Positions 1-9,834 of a stretch of DNA of 64,000 nucleotides are shown here, one piece after another. Made by a program: the position numbers and the translations under genes. The notes under the pieces are model-generated. The model saw nothing but the letters and a program-made list of their open reading frames with translations. It had not been told where the DNA came from and did no database searches. Each line of letters starts with the position of its first letter. The first letter of the stretch is position 1. The DNA is from an uncultured Clostridium sp. (GTDB lineage: Bacteria; Bacillota; Clostridia; TANB77; CAG-508): contig CAOKFZ010000005.1 of NCBI GenBank assembly GCA_948467875.1, positions 1,930 to 65,929 on the forward strand, written 5' to 3'.

Positions 1-1125
1 AGCGATTTTTCAGGATATCCCATTACCAAAAACAATCATGTTTCATATTATCCCTTAGGAGAGCAGGCTTTTGAAGCAATGTTGGAGGAATTAAAAAAAG
101 CAGAAAAATTTATCTTTTTTGAATATTTTATTGTAAATCATGGAACTATGTGGTATTCGATATTGGAAATTTTGGAAGAAAAAGCAAAACAGGGTGTTGA
201 TGTGCGTGTGATGTATGACGATTTAGGTTGCCTTCCGACGTTGAAAAAATCCTACCCAGAAGAGCTGGAGAAAAAAGGCATCAAATGTGTGGTATTCAAC
301 AAATTGCATCCGATTTCTGGGGTTATTATGAATAATCGTGACCACAGAAAAATATTAGTTATTGATGGAAAAGTTGCTTTTTCTGGTGGAATCAATATTG
401 CAGATGAATACATTAATAGGAACAGTCCTTATGGACACTGGAAAGATAATGGAATCAAAGTGGCAGGCGATGCGGTTTGGAGTTATACCGTTCTGTTTTT
501 AAGTTTGTGGAATGCTTTCAAGCAAGAAGACGATGATTTTACGAAATTCAAAAATGATTTCAAGATAAAGAATTTTGAAAACGGTTATGTTGCCCCTTAT
601 GGAGAAAGTCCGCTAGATACAGAAATTACAGGCGAAGACATTTATTTGAATATCATTAATCAAGCTAACCATTATGTCTATATTTTTACACCCTATTTAA
701 TCATTGACACAGATATGATTAATGCGTTGAATTTAGCGGCGAAGCGAGGCGTCGATGTGCGAATTGTGATTCCAGGAATTCCAGATAAAAAGCTAGTGTA
801 TTTATTGTCAGAATCTTATGTGGAAACACTTGTGCAATCAGGTGTTAAAGTTTACCGTTATACACCGGGATTTATTCATGCGAAGGTATTTGTTTCTGAT
901 GACCATATTGCAACCGTTGGGACGATTAATTTAGATTATCGAAGTTTGTATTTGCATTTTGAATGTGGAACTTATTTGGAAGATGTGGATTGCATCGAAG
1001 ATATCAAAAAAGATTGTCTGGATACCATTGAAAAAAGTCATGAAATTACGAAAGAGGAAGCTATGCCAAATTTATTAAAAGCAGTTTGGCAAGCAATTTT
1101 GAGATTGGTAGCACCGCTGATGTAG
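1..1125 (+). CDS. cls: Cardiolipin synthase (phospholipase D family), 5' end outside the window
   Basis: Two HKD motifs (DHRKILVIDG, HAKVFVSDD); the frame is open from position 1 to the ORF at 79. Confidence 0.9.
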   Translation, partial: SDFSGYPITKNNHVSYYPLGEQAFEAMLEELKKAEKFIFFEYFIVNHGTMWYSILEILEEKAKQGVDVRVMYDDLGCLPTLKKSYPEELEKKGIKCVVFNKLHPISGVIMNNRDHRKILVIDGKVAFSGGINIADEYINRNSPYGHWKDNGIKVAGDAVWSYTVLFLSLWNAFKQEDDDFTKFKNDFKIKNFENGYVAPYGESPLDTEITGEDIYLNIINQANHYVYIFTPYLIIDTDMINALNLAAKRGVDVRIVIPGIPDKKLVYLLSESYVETLVQSGVKVYRYTPGFIHAKVFVSDDHIATVGTINLDYRSLYLHFECGTYLEDVDCIEDIKKDCLDTIEKSHEITKEEAMPNLLKAVWQAILRLVAPLM

Positions 1126-1145
1126 TAATACTGGGCAAAAATAAA

Positions 1146-1167
1146 ATATGACATTTTTATGTCATAT
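1146..1167. repeat. Palindrome ATATGACAT-N4-ATGTCATAT, copy 1; probable bidirectional terminator
   Basis: Perfect inverted repeat with A/T tails between convergent genes; same core at 40494, 49691 and 49767. Confidence 0.7.
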
Positions 1168-1186
1168 TTTATTTTTTGGTATGATT

Positions 1187-2263
1187 TTATTTTACATATT
1201 CATTTAAAGGGTTAAGTCTTGCTTGTAAGTCACCCATTCGGTCAGTTGGCACATAACCAGCTTCACTATTGATGACATCAGGCAAACGGTTCACAATGGT
1301 TGCACAAGTAAGTTCTACTGTTGCTGGCTTTTCCACAACAATTGTAGTTGTTGGTTCGCCTTCCACAGTCCAAATATTTTTGTCAAACTCGTTAGGAGCG
1401 TACACTTTTCCAATACATTCTGACTCAATAGTAATTCCTTCCTGTGTTTGACTTGTTACAACTGCGCTCATACCAGTGGCATCGCCAGCTTTGACGGTCA
1501 TGTCTAGGGTACTAGAAAAAATGTCTTCCGAATGTGTTTGGGGCACACATTTTTGAGTTTGAGAAGTAATCGTCAATCCCAGTTTTTCAGCTAGCCAGCC
1601 ATTGACATTCCACATATAAGAAGGCAAATATTCGCCTGACTCAATTACTTTTTGCCTTTCTTCATTGCTGATTTTGTCAGCGGAGGCAATTTGTTTGTCA
1701 AAATCCGCCATGTTCAAACCGGCGCCGTGTGCTTTTGCCAGAGCGATGCCGTAATCTTCTACGTTATAACTAGAACTTCCTTTAATTTTCGTTATTTTTT
1801 GCGTGGAACCTGTAATCGAAGTAATGAGCTGCCCCCAATAAATGTCTTGGTAGCCGCTTCCAGTAATGGTGCAGCCGTTTTTCTTAGCCAATTCATCCAA
1901 CTTTTTCGTTAAATTCGGATTGGAATTCATTGGGAAAAACGCTTCTTCGCAAGTTGTAATAGCGTTAATGCCAAGTTCTGCACATAACATAAGTGGTTCT
2001 TCGACATCATTTAGTAAACTCATGGTTGTCACAATAGCAATGTCTGGTTTCGATTCTTGTAAAATAGTTTTTGCGTTTTTGGCATCGCTTACAATAATGC
2101 CTTTTTTTTCGGTGCCCATGATTTCTCCAATATCTTTGCCGATTACAGCAGGATTTACATCAACAGCCCCAACGATTTCAGCGCCTTTTTCATAAACATA
2201 ACGCATGGTATATACTGACATTTTTCCAGTTCCATATTGAAATACTTTCAATTTTCTCTCCAT
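1187..2263 (-). CDS. 2,4-diaminopentanoate dehydrogenase / DapB-like NAD(P)-dependent oxidoreductase
   Basis: N-terminal Rossmann YGTGKM, GINAITTCEE, GSGYQD; GGAGG RBS before ATG at 2263. Confidence 0.7.
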   Translation of the reverse strand: MERKLKVFQYGTGKMSVYTMRYVYEKGAEIVGAVDVNPAVIGKDIGEIMGTEKKGIIVSDAKNAKTILQESKPDIAIVTTMSLLNDVEEPLMLCAELGINAITTCEEAFFPMNSNPNLTKKLDELAKKNGCTITGSGYQDIYWGQLITSITGSTQKITKIKGSSSYNVEDYGIALAKAHGAGLNMADFDKQIASADKISNEERQKVIESGEYLPSYMWNVNGWLAEKLGLTITSQTQKCVPQTHSEDIFSSTLDMTVKAGDATGMSAVVTSQTQEGITIESECIGKVYAPNEFDKNIWTVEGEPTTTIVVEKPATVELTCATIVNRLPDVINSEAGYVPTDRMGDLQARLNPLNEYVK

Positions 2264-2357
2264 AAAAACCTCCTTCAATATAATAAATAATAGTCTCTAC
2301 AAAAATTTCAAAATTATGTTGGAAAATGTGCTAGCAATAATGAATATTTTAAAAGTA

Positions 2358-2386
2358 TTGACAAACAATAAAAAATATAGTATACT
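2358..2386 (+). promoter_or_regulatory. Sigma-A promoter driving a short RNA
   Basis: TTGACA-N17-TATACT. Confidence 0.8.
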
Positions 2387-2392
2387 ATAACT

Positions 2393-2462
2393 ATAAAATA
2401 AGTATGTAGCTAGTCATACAATGTCGAATATGTGTAATAGCAGACACATATTCTTTTTTTTA
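2393..2462 (+). ncRNA. Putative ~70 nt antisense/antitoxin sRNA
   Basis: Consensus promoter, hairpin GTATG/CATAC, 10-bp terminator stem GAATATGTGT/ACACATATTC plus T-run; both loops match the neighbouring small-ORF locus. Confidence 0.65.
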
Positions 2463-2506
2463 TAAAAAACAAGGGGCTTAAATAGCAGTCACCCCCTGAA
2501 ACTGAA

Positions 2507-2602
2507 TCAATCAGTTTTTTCTTTGTTTTTGTATTCTTGCAATTCTGCTTTCAATTTTTCAATCTCTTGCAGAAGCAAAAACACTAAGTTGTAGCCTGTC
2601 AT
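2507..2602 (-). CDS. 31-aa peptide MTGYNLVFLLLQEIEKLKAELQEYKNKEKTD, candidate type I toxin-like
   Basis: AAAGGAGG RBS, own promoter TTGCTA-N17-TAGAAT (2683-2655), terminator hairpin 2472-2497; below the ORF-track size cut-off. Confidence 0.65.
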   Translation of the reverse strand: MTGYNLVFLLLQEIEKLKAELQEYKNKEKTD

Positions 2603-2823
2603 AAAATGCCCTCCTTTCCTTCTAAGGATAGGGTAACCCTTGCGAGCTGGCATTATTCTATCACAGATGGGCTTGCATAGCAAGAAAAAAAGCAGAAATA
2701 AAGGAATTTATGTGAGAATTTATCGAAAAAATGTAAAATATTTACATAAAGTATTGATTTTTGTTTTTTTATGTGGTATAATATAATAAAATGGTGTAAA
2801 GTATGAATAGGAGGAAAACTTTT

Positions 2824-2985
2824 ATGGATAAAATAGAAATTGAGAAATACAAAAGACAATTAGTTGAAATTGAGAGCCAATTAACAGACGAGGACGTGAA
2901 GCAAATGTCAAAAGAAGAAGTAAAAGAATATGCTGTTTTGGTTGCGAAAATAAAAGCTAGGTTAGATATTTTAGAAAGTTTATAA
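2824..2985 (+). CDS. Small hypothetical protein
   Basis: GGAGG RBS; appears co-transcribed with the next gene. Confidence 0.6.
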   Translation: MDKIEIEKYKRQLVEIESQLTDEDVKQMSKEEVKEYAVLVAKIKARLDILESL

Positions 2986-3060
2986 AAATTTAAAAAACCA
3001 ATGAAAGTATTGGTTGCTTAGGATGTAAAAATGTCTTGAGTGAATTGAAAGGAGAAAAAT

Positions 3061-5388
3061 ATGGCAAATTTAGGTGCAAGTAAAAAACTTTTAAAAATGC
3101 TTATTAATCAGTTAGAAAACGAGATTTCAAATCAATGTATTGCAAAGAAGGCAGACAAAATTGCAATTGAGAAAATTTTAGAAGACATTGATAAAGAAAT
3201 CATGTTTGAAATTGGTAACATGGTAAATGCTACTGAACAAGCAGATAAGAATAAAATTCAGGCATGGATTGAAAAGACAAATAAAAAAACTAAGAGAATG
3301 TTAAACAAATATAAAGGAAGAAATTCTGATGTTGATGAAGTTTTGAAAAGTTCTGAGGATAGTTTTGATAAAAATGACACTAATACTGTATTAGGTGAAA
3401 TGAAAGAAGCAGCAAAAAAAGATGGTAAGTATAAAAGAGAAGATTTTGCGACAAGATATCAAAAAAATGAAGATGTAATCAAAAAATCCGCAAAAATGAT
3501 GGTAAAAACAAAAAAATTAGAAGAAATAAGAGGAAAGGATAGCAAAAAGGAAATTAGAAATAAATTTGCAAAAGTTATTGGAGAGTATGCTGAGGCAAAT
3601 GAACTGTATGGTAGATGGCAAAAAGATATAAATAGTATCGATGAAATAAAAGATTATGACTTTAGTGAAAAAACAAGTAATTTGTTAAGAAGAATTTCAG
3701 CAATTAAAAGCAGTGATCCAATTCCAGAAAGACTAAAAAAAGATTTTAATGAATTGAAACTTAACTTAGGAAAAATTAATTTTGATCTTTCTTATAATAA
3801 GGGCGTTATAGATGTGACAAAACAAGCTATTAAAGATATTTTAGCAGTTGACTTAGATGACAAAACAAAAACTATAACATCAGATGATATAAAAGCAAAA
3901 ATTCAGGGATTAGAAACTAATATGCTTAATTTAAAAACCAATGCATTAGAAATTGCAAATCCAAAAGAAGCAAAAAATAGTGTTAATCAGGAATTTTTTA
4001 AACACATGGAACAATGTAGATATTTTGAAATATTTCCAGATGAGACTAAAGAAATTAAAGATATGATAAACAGCGATAAAAGTATGAGTGAGAAAACTAC
4101 ATACTTAAGCAAGATGTTTAAACAACTAGAAAAAGAACTTAACGAGGTTTTGGAAACATCTTATGTGAATGAAAGTGAAAAAAATAGTAATGCAAGAGTT
4201 AAAAGAGCGGAAGTGTTAAAGCCAGAGAAAGTTCAAGTAGAAGGTTATGAAACTGCTAAAGAAGAAGTGGAACGTTATTTTGAAGGGTATGGAGACAATA
4301 AAGATAAAACTATGGTTGATGTGGCTAAGGAAAAATTAGATGAGTTGTCTGACGAAGTAACTGATTTAGAGACAGAAGTTAATGACTTAGAAGTAGATAA
4401 AAATAATTTAGAAGCAGAAGGAAATCGATTAGAAGCAGAAGTAAATACTTTAGAGAGTGAGAAAAACACATTAAAAAATCGAATGGTTGATTTAGCAATG
4501 GAATTGGCTGAAGATGATGAGAAACAAAGACAAGCAGCTCAAGCAGGACCAACTGTTGATCCAACTAAATTGAATTTAGGAGATTTAGGTTTTTCAAGCG
4601 AATTTCAGCTACAGGAAGGAGGATTTATTGGAGGTACTCCAACTTATTGTAATTTCGTAACAGCAGGTGTTACAACAAGAACACCGGGAGCAAGACAAGA
4701 TAGCGATAGTCTAGTTGATGAAATATACAATCAATTGAAAAAAGAAAGTGGTTTTGCAAATGTAGCAGAAAAATTACGAATAGATTTTGGTCATAATGAG
4801 ATTACAGAAGTAAAACATCCTAGACTTTCTAAACTTTGGGCAAAAATACGTAGTAAAATTCCTAAGTTAAACAGTACAGATAGTAAGAGAGATAAGACTA
4901 TTAAGAAGGCTTTGACAGATGAAATCAAAAAGAGAATTGGAGATCTTAGAGATCTTCATGAAGCTGCTCAAAGTGCACCAGTTGCAGGGGCATTGTCTGA
5001 TGAAGACCGTTTTGCAAAAGAAAAAGCATATGAAGTAGCTGCAACAGAATATGAAAGTAAACAAGCAGAATATGAAGCAAAACAGGAAGAACGTAGCAAT
5101 AAGGTAAGTGAATATGAAACTAAAAATGATGCATTTATTGATAAATTAAATGAATATGAGGCAAAAAGAAGTGAAAAAGCAGCGCAAGAAGATATATACC
5201 AAGATATTAATGATAAGTATACTGCTAGAAAAAAAGCATTTGAAGACAGTTTGAAAGTGAAAGAGGCAAGTGACAATAAATATCAAGCAAATGTTAATAA
5301 GGCAATTTATGAAACTGTAAAAAAAGGCGAAAAAGTAGATGCAGAAAGCATTAAAGAAGAGGCAGAAAAAGCAGAAGAAAGAGATTAA
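3061..5388 (+). CDS. Large charged coiled-coil protein of unknown function (775 aa)
   Basis: AAGGAG RBS, long ORF, heptad repeats near aa 425-475 and 660-720. Confidence 0.75.
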   Translation: MANLGASKKLLKMLINQLENEISNQCIAKKADKIAIEKILEDIDKEIMFEIGNMVNATEQADKNKIQAWIEKTNKKTKRMLNKYKGRNSDVDEVLKSSEDSFDKNDTNTVLGEMKEAAKKDGKYKREDFATRYQKNEDVIKKSAKMMVKTKKLEEIRGKDSKKEIRNKFAKVIGEYAEANELYGRWQKDINSIDEIKDYDFSEKTSNLLRRISAIKSSDPIPERLKKDFNELKLNLGKINFDLSYNKGVIDVTKQAIKDILAVDLDDKTKTITSDDIKAKIQGLETNMLNLKTNALEIANPKEAKNSVNQEFFKHMEQCRYFEIFPDETKEIKDMINSDKSMSEKTTYLSKMFKQLEKELNEVLETSYVNESEKNSNARVKRAEVLKPEKVQVEGYETAKEEVERYFEGYGDNKDKTMVDVAKEKLDELSDEVTDLETEVNDLEVDKNNLEAEGNRLEAEVNTLESEKNTLKNRMVDLAMELAEDDEKQRQAAQAGPTVDPTKLNLGDLGFSSEFQLQEGGFIGGTPTYCNFVTAGVTTRTPGARQDSDSLVDEIYNQLKKESGFANVAEKLRIDFGHNEITEVKHPRLSKLWAKIRSKIPKLNSTDSKRDKTIKKALTDEIKKRIGDLRDLHEAAQSAPVAGALSDEDRFAKEKAYEVAATEYESKQAEYEAKQEERSNKVSEYETKNDAFIDKLNEYEAKRSEKAAQEDIYQDINDKYTARKKAFEDSLKVKEASDNKYQANVNKAIYETVKKGEKVDAESIKEEAEKAEERD

Positions 5389-5404
5389 TCAAAAATTACA
5401 TAAA

Positions 5405-5434
5405 AATAGGAGCAAATTAATTTGCTCCTGTTTT
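5405..5434. terminator. Bidirectional intrinsic terminator
   Basis: AGGAGCAAAT/ATTTGCTCCT stem between convergent genes. Confidence 0.75.
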
Positions 5435-5439
5435 CATAT

Positions 5440-6454
5440 TTACGCTTTTTTACGAAACCTCAAATCATCTCCAAAAAATCGCAAAATTCGGTAATGCCCA
5501 GCAATGCGAGAGGCGATGCGGGAAGTGTAAATTTTTTCGATTTCGTCTGGTCGCAAATTGGTTGAAATAATGGTTTTTGTGATTTTGTTGTTTTGGTTCA
5601 GTAGGCGGGTGTTGATAATGGTAAAAAGCTCGGTCAAATATAAATCATTGGCGCGTTCGGTTCCGAGGTCGTCAATAATCAGTAAATCGGCGGTTAAAAT
5701 ATTGGTCGGCAAATCGAAATTTGAATTTTCCTTGTGGAATTTGGCATCAATTAATTCATCAAACATCACAGGCGCAGTTTGGTACAAAACGGTTTTGCCT
5801 TGCAGCAAAAATTCATTGGCAATGCAGTTACTCAAAAACGTTTTGCCGAGTCCAGTGTTTCCAGTAAATAGAAGATTTTTTTCTTCTGGCACATCAAAAT
5901 TTTTGATAAAATTTTCGCACTTTTCTTTGATGGTTTCCATGTTTTCTTTTGGCGAAAGTTTAGATTTGTAGGCTTCCACATTTTTTTCATTGGAAAAAAG
6001 ATTGGAATTAAATTTTGAAAAATTCTCTTTTTTCAAGTTTCCGAACATTGGATTTGTTGTAATAGGCATCAAAAATTTTCTGTTTTAAACAAGAACAAAT
6101 TTCGAGGTTTCCGTCTTTTTGTGCGTAGCCAGTGTCTTTGCAGGTTTTGCATTCAAATTTTGGTTTCAAGTATTGGCTATCTTTGACCAATTCTTTGATA
6201 AATTTATTTTTTTCTTTGAGCAAAGCATTGGATTTTTTTTTCAAATCTTCAAGCAATTTTTTGTGTTCTGCGGTGTCCTTAGAATGCAAAACTGCTTGTG
6301 TGGTTTCAATGGAAAGTTTGGCAATTTCGCTGTCAATTTCGGATAATTTGGGATTAACGGAAAATAAATCGCGTTTTCTGGTTTCTGCGTCCAAAATCGC
6401 CTGATTTCTCTTGATTTCATAATCTTTTAAAAGTTGCTTCATTAAATAATCCAT
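5440..6454 (-). CDS. dnaC: DnaC/DnaI-type helicase loader ATPase; one gene with a +1 shift at CGG 6043-6041
   Basis: Zn motif CKTC...CSC in the upstream frame; Walker A GNTGLGKT and Walker B LLIIDDLG in the downstream frame; directly after dnaD. Confidence 0.85.
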
Positions 6455-6469
6455 AATTTGTCCTTTCCA

Positions 6470-7423
6470 TTAGTTATCATACAAAGCCTCCCAGTTGTCA
6501 AAAGTGCTTTGCGTGTATTCCAATTCCAATTTTTTCACTTGTTTTACTTTTTTCTCTTTTGTTTTGGTTGCTGTTAGATATTGGTTGACGTCCTCGACAG
6601 TGTTAAGCTCCTTTTCGTGCCAATCCGACAGAAGCGTGTCAATATATTTAAAATTGATATTGCTTTTATTGGATGCTTTTTTGAGCGCAATTTCAATAAT
6701 TTTCATGTCATATTTATAATTTTCGTACCATTTTTGGACGTATTCTTCATCATATTGTGTAAGATTTCGCGATAAATTTAACTTTTGGGCAATTTCTTTG
6801 TTTAAATTTTTGATTTTTTCTCTGCGATTAAAGTGGGCTTCTAAATCTGAGAAAGTTTTGATGTTTTCCTTGCCCCAACCGTCTGCGACAGATCTTACAT
6901 AAGGGTGCGTGAGCGCTTTTTTATCAAAAGCATAATGAAACAAGCCCAGCATGACTTGATCATCAAAACCATATTTTTGAAACCACAAATCAATGTCTGC
7001 ATACCAACTTGGCGACATGGTTCCAGAAAAAAATTGCGCATTGATGATATCAATGACTTTGGCGCGATGTTTACTTTCGGCATTTTTTTCAATGGTTTCA
7101 GGCGAAAGGCTGACTTTGGGACTGTACAATTTATTGAGTTCGATTTCTTGCAGATTTGCCAAAGAATAACCATTTGGATTTTTGACCAAAACCCCTTGAT
7201 TTTCCCAATACTTAATGGCCTCTTGGACAGTTGGAAAATCTAAATCAAGCGTTTTTGATAAATCATTAATTTTGATTTCACTATTGTGATTTGCCAAAAA
7301 AAGGACATAAAAATAAACCTTAACAAATTCACTTTTTGCCATCGGTAAATAATCTGTAAAAAAGATATCTGGAATTTCTGTACTCGAAAATAAAAATGAT
7401 TTACTACTTGAATTTAGTTTCAT
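6470..7423 (-). CDS. dnaD: DnaD/DnaB-domain replication protein
   Basis: Two DnaD-like repeats (YVRSVADGW, YIDTLLSDW); ATG at 7423 with GGGGG RBS. Confidence 0.8.
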   Translation of the reverse strand: MKLNSSSKSFLFSSTEIPDIFFTDYLPMAKSEFVKVYFYVLFLANHNSEIKINDLSKTLDLDFPTVQEAIKYWENQGVLVKNPNGYSLANLQEIELNKLYSPKVSLSPETIEKNAESKHRAKVIDIINAQFFSGTMSPSWYADIDLWFQKYGFDDQVMLGLFHYAFDKKALTHPYVRSVADGWGKENIKTFSDLEAHFNRREKIKNLNKEIAQKLNLSRNLTQYDEEYVQKWYENYKYDMKIIEIALKKASNKSNINFKYIDTLLSDWHEKELNTVEDVNQYLTATKTKEKKVKQVKKLELEYTQSTFDNWEALYDN

Positions 7424-7605
7424 AACAAAGCCCCCAATTAAAATTTTAAAGGATAGAAAAATCCCCCATTTTCTATCACAAACACAAGTAAATTTAATTC
7501 TATATTTTCTTTCGTACAACGATAAATCTATTATAACATTAAGACAAAAAAAAAACAATACAGAAAATATATTTGCCAATATAAGCCATGCGACTGTAAG
7601 AAAAA

Positions 7606-7634
7606 AAGCCATTAGCATTTGGCTAATAGCTTTT
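7606..7634 (-). terminator. Intrinsic terminator after the PrgI-like gene
   Basis: AAAAGCCATTAGC/GCTAATAGCTTTT stem. Confidence 0.6.
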
Positions 7635-7646
7635 GATTAGAAAAAA

Positions 7647-7931
7647 TTATTTTTTTTGATACAAAAAAATTTTTTGTTTTCGATAGAATTTAATAACATA
7701 GACAATGACAGAAATCATGTTTTCGTTGTTTGCCCCAATCATACTAAATAAGAAAAATGGCAAAAAAAGTCCTGCGAAACAATAGATTTTGGTAGATAAT
7801 GCAGAGAATAAAAAGTTAACGAAAACATATAAGATACCAGCCCAAACTCCGTTTAATAGAGCTGTTGAATAGTCAATCATGCCAAATAATTTTGCTTTAA
7901 ATTTGTAGTTTTTTGGAATGATAAAATTCAT
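7647..7931 (-). CDS. PrgI/VirB3-like small membrane protein
   Basis: N-terminal FIIPKNYKFKAKLFG, two TM segments, basic C-terminus. Confidence 0.5.
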   Translation of the reverse strand: MNFIIPKNYKFKAKLFGMIDYSTALLNGVWAGILYVFVNFLFSALSTKIYCFAGLFLPFFLFSMIGANNENMISVIVYVIKFYRKQKIFLYQKK

Positions 7932-7944
7932 AAAAACCTCCTTT

Positions 7945-8814
7945 TTAGATGATATTTTTTAGTTGGTTATGACTAAATTCATGAATATGTGCAAATAAAT
8001 TTTTCAGATGAAAGTTAGATTTTGCAATTATAGCAATAATGGCAAAATAAATCAGTTTTGATAAAGCATCGCCAGCGCTAAAATTCAAACAAAATCCTAA
8101 AATCAAAAGAAGTGCGACAAAAATTTGCATGCATAATAACAATAAAAATTGCTTGAACCAACCTTTAAAAAATCCGTCAAAGCGGTTGAAAATGAGTGAT
8201 GCAAAAGCAAAAGGTGATACGAAAACTAAAATTTTGAGCAAAATATAACGTATGGAATAAGTCACTAAAATATAGAGAATTCCGATGCTAGAACAGAGTT
8301 TTAATAATCCATCAAAGGAAAAAATAGTAAACATTTCGGCATTTGGATACAAAGTCGAGTTCATGTGATTGATAAGATTAGAAAAGTTAATGTCGAAGCC
8401 TGTTACAGAAAAACCAAGTTCTCGAATAAAATCAGAAATATAAGCCACCAAATCAATTATCTGTTCACAAATCCATAGAGATGAATTCATGCAAGCAATG
8501 AAAATAATGCTTTTAAAAATAAATTGATAAGGAGAGTCGATTTTTGAGTAAATTAAATGAGACATGGTAAAATGCAATAGGTAGAAAATTAAAATTCCTA
8601 AAATAAAACTATTTGCTAATAATAGAAGTCCGTTTCCAAGGTCTGTTCCGAAAAGTTGCTCAAATTTGGTATCATGAATGCTGTTAGACTGGATAAATAA
8701 AATATTGTCTAAGTTAGAATAAATTGTGTTGTCAATGGATGAGAAAATTTTGAAAAAAATATGATTGAGCGAGTCACAAATCAAAGTTGTCAAATTGACT
8801 GTTTCAGTTTCCAA
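7945..8814 (-). CDS. Polytopic membrane protein, VirB6/TrbL-like
   Basis: About 6 TM segments, RYILLKILVFVSPFAF...FKGWFK pattern; lies between pilin-like and PrgI-like genes. Confidence 0.5.
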   Translation of the reverse strand: METETVNLTTLICDSLNHIFFKIFSSIDNTIYSNLDNILFIQSNSIHDTKFEQLFGTDLGNGLLLLANSFILGILIFYLLHFTMSHLIYSKIDSPYQFIFKSIIFIACMNSSLWICEQIIDLVAYISDFIRELGFSVTGFDINFSNLINHMNSTLYPNAEMFTIFSFDGLLKLCSSIGILYILVTYSIRYILLKILVFVSPFAFASLIFNRFDGFFKGWFKQFLLLLCMQIFVALLLILGFCLNFSAGDALSKLIYFAIIAIIAKSNFHLKNLFAHIHEFSHNQLKNII

Positions 8815-8823
8815 ATAAACTCC

Positions 8824-9162
8824 TTAAACATTTGTTAAAACCGTATCAATCAAGGAAAGAACAAGGTCAATACAAATGATTAAAATATAAGATGTGATGC
8901 TTCCTTTGATTAAATTGTTTGCTCGATAAATTTTTTTCTCGTCTCCTAGACTAAATTTTCTCATGAGTAAGCCAGTGGCAACTGCAACAGCAGCAAAAGA
9001 TGTTGCGATTTTTACAATATAGCCTTTGAGTTTTGTAAATGCCCCAGTAATGGTTGAAACCAGCTTAGGATCTGCGGCAAAAGCAATATTGCTAAAGATA
9101 CAGATAAATACGATTGCCATAAAAATCGTATAAATTGATAATAAAAGTTTTTTTGATTTCAT
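8824..9162 (-). CDS. TrbC/VirB2 pilin-like protein
   Basis: Signal peptide ending AFA, then two hydrophobic helices separated by a charged loop. Confidence 0.5.
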   Translation of the reverse strand: MKSKKLLLSIYTIFMAIVFICIFSNIAFAADPKLVSTITGAFTKLKGYIVKIATSFAAVAVATGLLMRKFSLGDEKKIYRANNLIKGSITSYILIICIDLVLSLIDTVLTNV

Positions 9163-9422
9163 AAAAAACTCCTTTCTTAGAATAAAATTAAAAAATTGAA
9201 ATAATATTCACCTCCTATTAAAAATTTGGTTAGTTGAAAAATTTGCATGAATTTGCAATAGAAAAAATTTAAAAACCGATAGAAAAAATCAGTTAGATCA
9301 AACATTTCTTTTTCAAACTACAAATATAATACAACATTTTTTTAAATTTGTCTATACTTTTTTGAAAATTTGTGATAAAATTTTATTATAATTAAAAAAA
9401 TAGAAAATAGGAGGTGTTTTTT

Positions 9423-9605
9423 ATGATAGAAAAATCAACAAAAATAGGAGATTTATTAGAACAATTTCCAGACAAAGCCGATATTTTATTAGAAGCAGGA
9501 ATGCATTGTTTGGGTTGCCCAGCTTCGCAAGGGGAGACTTTGGAGGAAGCGTGCGCAGTGCATGGAATTGATGTAGACGAACTTGTGAAAAAGTTAAACG
9601 GATAA
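9423..9605 (+). CDS. DUF1858 (HCP-associated redox disulfide) protein
   Basis: GMHCLGCPASQGETLEEACAVHG motif; AGGAGG RBS. Confidence 0.85.
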   Translation: MIEKSTKIGDLLEQFPDKADILLEAGMHCLGCPASQGETLEEACAVHGIDVDELVKKLNG

Positions 9606-9635
9606 AAAAATGCCAAGTTTTTACTTGGCAAATAT

Positions 9636-9712
9636 GTATCTATAGCTCAGTAGGATAGAGCGTCCGCCTCCTAAGCGGAAGGTCGCTGGTTCGATTCCAG
9701 CTAGGTACACCA
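9636..9712 (+). tRNA. tRNA-Arg(CCT), reads AGG
   Basis: Cloverleaf: acceptor GTATCTA/TAGGTAC, anticodon stem TCCGC/GCGGA with 7-nt loop CTCCTAA, TTCGATT T-loop, encoded CCA. Confidence 0.95.
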
Positions 9713-9834
9713 GAAGTGTTGATGAAAAATCTCCATTTTAATTTGGAGATTTTTTGTAATATTTAAGAAAATTTGTAACCTTTTTGGAAAAAATGGGATT
9801 ATATCAATGAAAGTACTTTCGCAAAAAGGAGATT

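Noticed and set aside
7424-7618. Hydrophobic N-terminal extension of DnaD
   Set aside because: It runs through intergenic promoter/terminator sequence; the RBS supports ATG at 7423
9636-9712. This tRNA as the frameshift suppressor or as a prophage att site
   Set aside because: It has a normal 7-nt loop with anticodon CCT (AGG, not CGG), and I saw no duplicated 3' end in the window
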